Below, piece after piece: positions 58,301-64,000 of a DNA stretch of 64,000 nucleotides (position 1 is its first letter; every line of letters starts with the position of its first letter). Source of the stretch: a virus (Duplodnaviria; Caudoviricetes); the IMG/VR virus record IMGVR_UViG_3300017914_003245, positions 1-64,000 of that record; one strand, given 5' to 3'. Position numbers and translations under genes: made by a program. A model generated the notes under the pieces. It worked only from the letters and a program-made list of their open reading frames with translations, did not search any database and had not been told where the DNA came from.

Positions 58301-59172
58301 TTTGCTAGATCTGTTAAAATTCTTTTTGCTCCTAATGTTTTGCCCTCAATATCTCTGACAGCAATACCTAAATTTTCTAATTGATTCAAAGTATCCGTTC
58401 GGCCAACTCTTGTAAAAATTGTTTTTAACGAGTTTCCGATCACCTTACCTCCTCGAGCAGTTTGTTGTTGAGCTGCAGTAACAAAACCAATTAACTCATC
58501 TATATCTACTCCAGCACCTTTTGCAGCTGCACCTGTTCTTGCAATAGCGTCAGCAAAATCTTCGGCGCTTACTGCAAATTGAACGTCAACAGCAGCAAAT
58601 TTACTAACCAATTGGGTAGTATCCTTTATCTGGCTTCCATAAGTATTCATCGCAGCAGTCAACGACTTTACAGCTTCGGCAGAATCCATTCCCGTCAATC
58701 GAGTAAGAATCAACGCATCTTTTGTACGTCTCAAAGACTCTTCGACAGCTAAACCTTGACGGGCATATTCAGTTGCAGCTTGAGCGGCTATATTAAAAGC
58801 TGCACCAGTTTCTTTTGCAACCTTAAAAAGGCTGTCGCTAAATTTATCTAAGTTTTTAGCGCTAAGGCCCATAACAACATTAATGTCCGCAAGAGCTTTT
58901 TCGACCTCCACCATATTTTTAACCATTCCCTTAAAAGCATCAGAAACTCCATTGATAATTGCCATACTCGCACCGAATGCAATAATACGAGCATTTGCAG
59001 CCTCCATTGATTTACTAAACTCATCAGCACCACGCTTCATGTTGCCCAAAGGTTGCGTGGCACCCTTATCGTCAACAGTAATTTTTATCGGTTGACGACG
59101 AATTCTATTTATTGCAGCCTGAACTGAAGCCTCAAGAGGTTTTGTATTCCCATGTATGTCAAGATCAATCAT
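52315..59172 (-). CDS. Tape measure protein (TP901-type core), 2285 aa
   Basis: EKALADINVV...A.EYARQG...L.LTRLTG...AAVDVQFAVS..D.A.AI.RTG...GKVIGNSLKTIFTR core, Ala/Gln-rich helical body, and the C-terminal IPAMLSDGEYVI motif. Confidence 0.95.
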   Translation of the reverse strand: MIDLDIHGNTKPLEASVQAAINRIRRQPIKITVDDKGATQPLGNMKRGADEFSKSMEAANARIIAFGASMAIINGVSDAFKGMVKNMVEVEKALADINVVMGLSAKNLDKFSDSLFKVAKETGAAFNIAAQAATEYARQGLAVEESLRRTKDALILTRLTGMDSAEAVKSLTAAMNTYGSQIKDTTQLVSKFAAVDVQFAVSAEDFADAIARTGAAAKGAGVDIDELIGFVTAAQQQTARGGKVIGNSLKTIFTRVGRTDTLNQLENLGIAVRDIEGKTLGAKRILTDLANTFDKLSESQKAQIAQTVGGVFQINVLKAVLGDAAKQNGILSTATQIAAGATDEAITKNEQLRETMSAMATETGLAIKQLSAQIGEIMLAPGMEKILNTVKSFAESASGILGDGESTGNKFATGFLKGLGNIITGPGLVVLTTVFVKLFAQAFKFTKDSLNSLVGITTQAQKQKAIQTSLVTLFGQNAALNKEMLRTDISRAEKEKIILGLIQSQVAQARILNEVSKQAASTLYRQGYGPSLSPRRNRAYGHIPNFSERQQAAEGGYAAGNIRAMDMPGQGSVIYNSAEQVKNFAGFKQPAIMPPQSSKAGKNYQKAFGEVHGFDPYAADGFIPNFNKGNTIDARRVATMLIPFEGYGRKVSGGGSGVSPGSKGGKPVFGQKINKNILFNIAGVKKGGYTESALDNQQRVVPQALKELGKVIGTQTVKVANQLQLGPSIEKIPASSADSIIKQFMGPEGGRSGAKGAISGLYGAVFEEALSRRLKTEATDSNYMGGDFDVRMATPELKKLYGPIAPRGDFKISDGRELQASMAAKIAKEIIFRGSRGSAPKNAMAKALTGKESIRLGLRGKSSSPVLLSGGFIPNYANPLADAISRERQAGVPVSQIRVDSHPALVNKGNPIGLGVTNTKDEPNGLRDVFGAKGFVPNYAMPGMITDLFSGLRGNATVEDYNAQMEKSRAEMAKHDAEIKKLTEHKRRYSSISQSAYASERTKTEATRRAAAAENKLTAAKTARAQAETQLTQQSRQRRGAQIRGNAGMTAILGLPMAAAYLQGDGPGQTGSGAAMYNAGGALQGAASTGYMASMIAPFFGPAAPFVVAAGALYGAFDGYTSAMKENTEAIQKQNDERIATQAQSYSQGLQSIIQAGELKTNIGKIPNIKESAKILGLDSEQTAGDALIKSFDVLAKRSGAVPHLDELSHVKGVEKYQEYFQKGGRYMTPAERDAKISARANKGKNKENRDRSIAMSREFDEFAMSAIGASKEQAQEAEKIRNNLIDYFLENEKGNVFSFNFGQRTIADLSKEEYAKVLKGESITRKIRGKSQKFQASDKEVAEEVNPGLKKLKDEYEKQQAERYQGLIVQIDKEKAARTVRKQTFNAEMKIKKEALARSNLYLVETELQKKFLSEKEVAQLKYNKALDEAADNLKSGKIASEAKTRESFAKIAETDSDFRAGLAKSLGIKGEKMGDNATIADITDALALIEIDKLIEAVEKYKATLGDDASEKSNKILIEAITEEHVEANRQLQEGNNLKVKGIELENQRNQILADRNRIIRENSDALQAYNRETEHKEKIREFQSQQRDAAILASGGYETKEMKAQRAVDELPKTVENIRRGYTGQIKQQLGDLGLDQDLQEEYFMQGTNLSDLTEKQTQKELSPIDAQILDNTTRGASILKKGDKATDEELDELKELRKENLELEKSKDKILEKSERHKKLISDTKEKIQQLTKEERDHVKAIEDGAKARLKSIQNMKGDGLKFGLKRGFAEMREQVDFMDYHLGKQIPQKFADGLAGALGEAMNGTKKLDEALQDAALNFLQMIQQAFLQKMAYSIVGGIGGGFNNGGSVKKYSKGGNVPAYVSNGEYVMSRQAVNKYGGAFMHQINTGTGIPKFSGGGAIEKTGIAEKLLEAKAKKQAQLRSAVEENLLSKGVISREADSGPGRPAEAGSALAANFGGSRGFVSGREYQKRAMSAFFYSQSGNVGVQEDAGAMQKILSEEERIRQEAEARRRAKKAKRRKLLTTIGMTILTAGLSSAFSSAAESGALGEGLMMDSWARSSGTSIDGAKALQSMNPGMSFGEAMQRSQPFENDYGGIIFDNTTMGVSRGGKINKYSFGGGALTPLLNPSLTEALREKEEVEKKNNGGWISGKTGIDQIPAMLSDGEYVIKASSARRLGRPMLDQINAGKFNEGGMVGGDEALGSQDSESISGNTNNISITINLEKGQAVESDRQQSGAQEGGKNSDNQEKNSAELAERVKHQVVAVILEEQRPGGLLSKTV

Positions 59173-59200
59173 ATTCCTTATTCCTTAGATAAGGATATTA

Positions 59201-59205
59201 TACAC
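59201..59205 (-). promoter_or_regulatory. GTGTA motif, putative phage late promoter upstream of TMP
   Basis: TTTTA-GTGTA-TAAT..., then 28 nt containing AAGGA twice, then ATG(59172). Confidence 0.55.
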
Positions 59206-59210
59206 TAAAA

Positions 59211-60197
59211 TTATGTTACGCCGTGCAATTTCATCAAATCTTGCATGTTTAAGCTGCCACCTTTCTTTTTGGCTTCGGCATGAAGGTCTACGGCTCCTGC
59301 AGGTTTTGATATTCCAAGTCGTTCATAATCTTCATCTTTTGCTCCAATTATGGTTCCTCCATCACCTGTAGACAATTTATCTTTTGCTTTTTCTCTTTCT
59401 TCTTTTGAGCTGCTACCAAATTCTAATAACTTGGCAGGGTCTTGACGTATAGATTCAGGAATATTATCGTTTGTATCAAATATATTTTTAAATATTCTTG
59501 TATAAACAATTAATTTTATTTGATTGTATGTTAATTCACAAAATGGTTTTCCATAAAATTGCATGCTATCCTCTGCAAAACTAAGATATGGATTGTAAAA
59601 ATCTTCGAGTATTGTATATTGTACATTCTCTTCCTGAAAGTTTTTAAACACATCATTGTATACATTAATCACATGTTTAATATCATACTCCTCTAGCTGA
59701 TCAAACACTTCTTCATCAAATAAAGGATCGCTTAAATCCTTATCCTCAAAAAAAGATTTAATCATATAAAAATCATTTGCCCTATCTTTCGCATAACGCT
59801 CACAGGTATTACCAATAAGATTGTATTTTTGTAATTCTTTTTCTTGTAGCAATTTACTTTCTTTATTAATAACCTTCTTTTGTCGATCAATATCTCTTTG
59901 CAAAACAAGTTTAGCAAGAGCCTTATTTAAATTTTCAAGATATAATTTTTTAGAATTTATAAATTCGTCTTCCGCAGTACTCCATTCTCCCTCTTTAATG
60001 AGATAGTCCAGCATCTCTCTTTCTGTTGGAACTCCTCGTTTTTTAGCTCGATTAAAATATACCTCTTCTATCTCCTCAAGTTCTACTTGGTCATGGGGAC
60101 TTAGATGCTTTATGTATACAAGCTTATCATTAACTTCTGCTGTCGAGAAGCCTCGGACTATATCCCTAAATACTCTTCTGCGCTTTGATGATTCCAC
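59211..60197 (-). CDS. Putative tail assembly chaperone (gpT-position), paralog of 60201-61016
   Basis: Immediately upstream of TMP, with a coiled coil and shared motifs with the upstream gene. GTG start. Confidence 0.55.
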   Translation of the reverse strand: MESSKRRRVFRDIVRGFSTAEVNDKLVYIKHLSPHDQVELEEIEEVYFNRAKKRGVPTEREMLDYLIKEGEWSTAEDEFINSKKLYLENLNKALAKLVLQRDIDRQKKVINKESKLLQEKELQKYNLIGNTCERYAKDRANDFYMIKSFFEDKDLSDPLFDEEVFDQLEEYDIKHVINVYNDVFKNFQEENVQYTILEDFYNPYLSFAEDSMQFYGKPFCELTYNQIKLIVYTRIFKNIFDTNDNIPESIRQDPAKLLEFGSSSKEEREKAKDKLSTGDGGTIIGAKDEDYERLGISKPAGAVDLHAEAKKKGGSLNMQDLMKLHGVT

Positions 60198-60200
60198 GCA

Positions 60201-61016
60201 TCATACATTTCCTTCTTCGATATCTCTATCGAGCTTTTCAAAATCTGCACGAATAACGGCGCCAGAACTATAGTACCAAAAGCTATATAATGCAGCAATT
60301 TTTCCACCAACAATATCATACAATTCATCACCCTCTTCTTCCATTTCATAGTACCTTGAAAGCTTCTGCTCAAAAGTATTTCCTTCGAATAAAGGCTTAG
60401 ATTCATCTTCGTCTTCTTTTTGTATATTGGTAAGATTCAATATATACCATTGTATAACTTTATTTTCTGCACGAACATCAGCAGTATGATTAAATAAATT
60501 AGAATATGATGTTTCAACATTAACAATATCTTTTCGAAGCGTAGCAATTTCTCCAGCGATATCATCCATTTTCTTTTTTTCTTTATCGCTTAAAGATGAA
60601 ACTCTCACACTTAACTTTTCACCTTCCTGAGATAGCTCTCCATACCTGACATACATTTTGGTTAGATTTTTTGCATCTTCTTCTGCAAGAAGTCCTCCCG
60701 TATCACTGTATTTTTTGGCAAGCATAGCTTTAGTGAGTATTCCCTTTTTAATACAATTACTCATCTCAACACTAAACTCTAATTCAGCCTCTTCGATTTC
60801 TCTGCGAGTTGGTTGTTTCATAATTACCCTGTAAGGAATTGCCTCGGTAACCTCTTTGGTTACGGACAACTCTTCCTCTTCGCCAGTTTCTTCGTTTTTA
60901 ACTTTTTTAGTTTCAGTGCGTTTTACTTTTTCTTCTTTCTCAAATGTGAAGCTGTAAATTTCTCGCATTTTTTTGCGAGTGTCGTCCATAGTAAGAGTTG
61001 TTTTTGTTTCTGTCAT
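60201..61016 (-). CDS. Putative tail assembly chaperone (gpG-position)
   Basis: Acidic and helical, KQPTRREIEEAE motif, two genes upstream of TMP. Confidence 0.55.
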   Translation of the reverse strand: MTETKTTLTMDDTRKKMREIYSFTFEKEEKVKRTETKKVKNEETGEEEELSVTKEVTEAIPYRVIMKQPTRREIEEAELEFSVEMSNCIKKGILTKAMLAKKYSDTGGLLAEEDAKNLTKMYVRYGELSQEGEKLSVRVSSLSDKEKKKMDDIAGEIATLRKDIVNVETSYSNLFNHTADVRAENKVIQWYILNLTNIQKEDEDESKPLFEGNTFEQKLSRYYEMEEEGDELYDIVGGKIAALYSFWYYSSGAVIRADFEKLDRDIEEGNV

Positions 61017-61018
61017 GA

Positions 61019-61306
61019 TTATTTAAATGTAAAGCCTATAGTATAATTATCTAAATCTCCTTGAATATTTCTAATTGTTTCGTTACCAATATCCAAAGTT
61101 CTTTTGCGAAGATATTGTAACTTATCTTCATCAAAGTAATCGGCTTGATCAACAATAGGGACACAACCCTCTGGAAGATTATTTCTTAACTTTTTGAAAT
61201 TAATCTCATGCTCTTTATGTAAGTCCTCAAGCATTACGAGAAAACCCTTAAAAAGGGAAACCGTATTCCTGTGACAACATTTCTTGAAAATGTCTTCTGC
61301 GTTCAT
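61019..61306 (-). CDS. Hypothetical protein, first gene of the minus-strand tail operon
   Basis: 95-aa ORF with an AAGG SD-like sequence and GTGTA upstream. Confidence 0.7.
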   Translation of the reverse strand: MNAEDIFKKCCHRNTVSLFKGFLVMLEDLHKEHEINFKKLRNNLPEGCVPIVDQADYFDEDKLQYLRKRTLDIGNETIRNIQGDLDNYTIGFTFK

Positions 61307-61330
61307 TAAACCTTATACCTTGAAATGATA

Positions 61331-61355
61331 TACACAAAAAATAATCTTTAGTGTA
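61331..61355. promoter_or_regulatory. Back-to-back GTGTA motifs (TACAC-N15-GTGTA), putative divergent late promoters
   Basis: The minus-strand motif is 24 nt before ATG 61306 and the plus-strand motif is 9 nt before ATG 61365, both in a 58-bp intergenic gap. Confidence 0.6.
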
Positions 61356-61364
61356 AAAACTTTC

Positions 61365-61844
61365 ATGACAGAATTTTTATCACCATCTGACAAAGAGAGT
61401 ATTGCTGCAAATTTATTAGACCTTCATGATACATTTGGTCGAGAGATAGTAGTATATAAAGAAGCTAAAAAAGTTATTATCAGCACAGACCCGAGTTTTA
61501 ATTATTTATACGGCAAGGCAGGTAAAACAACCCCAAGTGTTCAAAACGTACCAGTAAGAAAAGTTTTTAAGGCTAGGGTAAGATATGATACAGATCGAAG
61601 CTTAGAATATTTCGGGGAAACACAAACACAAGCAAAAATTAAAAGGCCTGACTCAAATAGCATTGTTCGCATAAAACTAAAGATAGAAGATTACGACTAT
61701 ATCAAAGATGCAAAAAGAATTGAGCTTGATGGAAGAATGTTTTCTGTTTACTCGGATCCAAGACCACATGGTTTATTTGATGTCATGCAATTCGTAACAA
61801 TATTTTTACTACCAGTTGAACAAAATGGCCAGTCCACTAAATAG
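61365..61844 (+). CDS. Putative head-closure/stopper (neck) protein
   Basis: HDTFGREIVVYK...RIELDGRMFSV...RPHGLF beta-barrel pattern, first in the neck-terminator-tube run. Confidence 0.5.
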   Translation: MTEFLSPSDKESIAANLLDLHDTFGREIVVYKEAKKVIISTDPSFNYLYGKAGKTTPSVQNVPVRKVFKARVRYDTDRSLEYFGETQTQAKIKRPDSNSIVRIKLKIEDYDYIKDAKRIELDGRMFSVYSDPRPHGLFDVMQFVTIFLLPVEQNGQSTK

Positions 61845-62448
61845 ATCAGTTAAGAATATTTTGCACAAAAAAATAAGCTCAAATAAGGAGCTTCAACTAA
61901 AGACTAGACTATTTATAGAAAAGCAATTTAAAATTGCTCACGGAAAACTTATGGCAGACTTTGACAGTCATCCAGTAACACGAGAACTTGATGCAGGAAG
62001 CTCGTCTTCAAATATAACAGGCACGCTACAATCAGGAAATTTATTTGGTTTTATAGGATTCAACGAGGGAACAAACCCTACCTCGCAAATAAGAAATCTA
62101 CTAAACAGTACAAATATTTTAATTAAACATAGAAAAATGTCTTCTTTTGGATTTATATGGACATACATGGTCACGTCTCCATCAATGAGAGATTTATATA
62201 AAATTACCCCAATGCCTTGGGCCACAGGAGCAAGTTGGCTAAAAGAACTAGAAGGTAGAGGAATTCCTAACTTAGGACAGTATATGTATAAAACTTTAAA
62301 ATCTAGCAGATCTCAAGCAGGATTTCAAAATGCAAATTTACCAGCAGGAGGTAGAGTAAGAGTTTCATACATTAAAGAACTTTTGCAAGACTTTGAAAAC
62401 AATTTAAATTCAATTCAAGCATCTAGAGTATCACGCGGCCTTTTTTAA
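61825..62448 (+). CDS. Putative neck/tail-completion protein (HK97 gp10-like position)
   Basis: Basic 207-aa protein between the head-closure and terminator candidates. The ATG at 61825 is preferred. Confidence 0.4.
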   Translation: MASPLNRSVKNILHKKISSNKELQLKTRLFIEKQFKIAHGKLMADFDSHPVTRELDAGSSSSNITGTLQSGNLFGFIGFNEGTNPTSQIRNLLNSTNILIKHRKMSSFGFIWTYMVTSPSMRDLYKITPMPWATGASWLKELEGRGIPNLGQYMYKTLKSSRSQAGFQNANLPAGGRVRVSYIKELLQDFENNLNSIQASRVSRGLF

Positions 62449-62449
62449 T

Positions 62450-63298
62450 ATGAAACCACAATTCCAACACGAACTCACAACAAGCTTTATGCTTTGGGCA
62501 GATAATTATATTTCTGACAGAGGGGAAGCTTTTCAAAACTATAACTCTCCGCTCTATCCCATGGGCACAGACGATCAGCTAGGAGATGCGTTTGTTGCAT
62601 ATAGTAGTCCTCATAAACAATGGGTTTTTGATGAAAGTATTGACGGCACACAAGTTCCAAGCGGTATTTATAATAATGGAGAGTTTATAGAACGGGGAGA
62701 GCACGGCCTCATTCTTGATTTTGATGACGGCAGAGTTCTTTTAGAATCTTCTTTTGGGGCAAATAATCTTAATTTATCTGCCCAGTATTCTGTGAAAGAT
62801 TTTAATTGGTATATAACAAATCAAACAGAAGAGCAATTAATTGTTGAGAGTAAATTTGATTCAAATGGAAGATTTAAACAAGAAGAATCTGGTATTGCTC
62901 CTCACACTCAAGTTGTTCCTGCAATTTTTGTTAATCCTGAGTTTATAGAAAATGAACCTTTTGCTTTTGGAGGAGAAGATAAAACATCAACAAATATAAG
63001 ATGTGTTGTATTCGCAGAAAACACATATCAACTCGACGGAGCATTATCTATTTTTGCAGATTCTAAAAATGAGGTATTTAAAAAACTCAAATTTGAAGAC
63101 TATCCTCTCACAGAATATGGCGACGCGCCAGACTTTAACTATGTAAACTTAATAAACTCCAAGCCGAATAACTTTTTACATATAGAAAATGTCACTTGTT
63201 CAAAATTAAGCGACAGAGTATCAAAGAACATAGATCCCTCTTTATTTATTGGATTTATTGATTTTGAAATTACAAATTTAAGATTTCCAAGATCATAA
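62450..63298 (+). CDS. Putative tail terminator-like protein
   Basis: VPAIFV...PFAFGGEDKTSTNIRCVVFAENTYQLDG.LSIF pattern, directly before the major tail protein. Confidence 0.45.
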   Translation: MKPQFQHELTTSFMLWADNYISDRGEAFQNYNSPLYPMGTDDQLGDAFVAYSSPHKQWVFDESIDGTQVPSGIYNNGEFIERGEHGLILDFDDGRVLLESSFGANNLNLSAQYSVKDFNWYITNQTEEQLIVESKFDSNGRFKQEESGIAPHTQVVPAIFVNPEFIENEPFAFGGEDKTSTNIRCVVFAENTYQLDGALSIFADSKNEVFKKLKFEDYPLTEYGDAPDFNYVNLINSKPNNFLHIENVTCSKLSDRVSKNIDPSLFIGFIDFEITNLRFPRS

Positions 63299-63362
63299 AC
63301 TTCCCTTCTGATTGTAAAAAATGTAATTAGAAGAAGAATTTAAATCCCACCCTTTTTTTATT

Positions 63363-64000
63363 ATGACAAAAACTTCAAACAGAGCTCGAGTAATTTATCA
63401 AAGTGAGGCACTTTATATTGGCACCACAGATGCAACAGGACATCATTATGCAACTGCAGATGATTGGAGACAAGGATACAACGCAGTAGGTCGAAAAACG
63501 CATGCGACCTACCAAGAAGTCGAGGATCATATCGTTTCTAATCCCTCACATATCGTCAGAACAGGAGTACATCAACTAAGAAGAGTCCAAAGCGCAAATT
63601 ATAGCTTCTCTATCAATCGTCAAGATGTTAATCAGTTTGGGCAGTTAGCTAGAATCGATTCTGTAGCAGTTGAACCCCCCACAGTGAGCTTAGATTTTTC
63701 ATATTATTTAACTAATGGAATCAACGAACGTCTTTTGGGATTTGGCGTTACAGGACAAACTAATGCTCTTACAGATGAAGTTTTACTTGGAAAGATTGAT
63801 GAAGACGGACATCCAGTTGGAAAAAACTTTTTCATTCTTACTACCCCAGAAGGCAAAGATGCGGTAGGATCAAAAAATCACGACACATCCATAGTAACAG
63901 AAGAAGGCTTAGGAAATAGTGTTATTGCATTAGGTAATGGTTTTGTTTCTAACTACTCTATCGAAGCCTCTGTTGGAGGCATGCCTACCGCGAATGTCAC
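63363..64000 (+). CDS. Major tail tube protein, 3'-partial (absent from the track because it has no stop in the window)
   Basis: My translation is MTKTSNRARVIYQSEALYIG...RVQSANYSFSINRQDVNQFGQLARID...PPTVSLDFSYYL...GNGFVSNYSIEASVGGMPTANV, and it runs off the window edge. Confidence 0.75.
   Translation, partial: MTKTSNRARVIYQSEALYIGTTDATGHHYATADDWRQGYNAVGRKTHATYQEVEDHIVSNPSHIVRTGVHQLRRVQSANYSFSINRQDVNQFGQLARIDSVAVEPPTVSLDFSYYLTNGINERLLGFGVTGQTNALTDEVLLGKIDEDGHPVGKNFFILTTPEGKDAVGSKNHDTSIVTEEGLGNSVIALGNGFVSNYSIEASVGGMPTANV

Noticed and set aside
1-64000. Alternative genetic code (TAG or TGA reassignment)
   Set aside because: Code 11 already gives near-complete coding density with very long intact ORFs, and TAA, TAG and TGA all end genes at sensible boundaries.
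1-64000. Short track ORFs nested in or antisense to long genes (for example 543-785, 12429-12896, 15226-15744, 53118-53709, 60158-60406)
   Set aside because: They are shadow or alternative-frame ORFs of well-supported genes, with no motifs or translation signals.
50232-64000. Contractile tail or bacterial contractile injection system
   Set aside because: No sheath or baseplate wedge genes are visible, and the lambda-like M-L-K-I-J tip points to a non-contractile phage tail.

Overview
This window is a densely coding, AT-rich segment (roughly one-third GC by eye) of a large tailed dsDNA bacteriophage, most likely a long non-contractile-tail (sipho-type) virus. It has four blocks. (1) 1-17.9 kb: tail-fibre and virion accessory genes, including GNVGIGT-type fibres, an ILEI-like lectin protein, an FN3 protein and a 14-aa acidic repeat fibre, plus a small 2OG-oxygenase/sulfotransferase/ParB-like cassette and a J-domain protein. 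(2) 17.9-29.5 kb: an early region driven by near-consensus divergent sigma70 promoters. It encodes a phage sigma factor, SSB, dNMP kinase, a Whirly-like protein, a Rad52/Sak-like annealase and a large soluble glycan-synthesis set (GT4, GT9, WavE-like, HAD-nucleotidyltransferase fusion, GDPD-like). (3) 29.6-61.3 kb, minus strand: a remodelled lambda-like tail operon with paralogous chaperones, a 2285-aa tape measure protein, two tube-fold proteins, a giant gpM, gpL, a JAB-only gpK, a gpI-gpJ fusion, a 2535-aa fibre and an S74-chaperone fibre. (4) 61.4-64 kb, plus strand: neck/terminator genes and the start of the major tail protein. The most notable observations are a recurrent GTGTA motif upstream of structural genes (often exactly 9 nt before the ATG), which is a candidate late promoter for the phage sigma; leaderless early promoters; the glycosylation cluster; a Trp-rich module resembling Verrucomicrobia surface-protein domains in two tail proteins; and tandem paralogous tail chaperones separated only by an in-frame UGA. 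All family assignments come from motif recognition by eye, with no database search. I saw no tRNA, rRNA, CRISPR array, integrase or reverse transcriptase.
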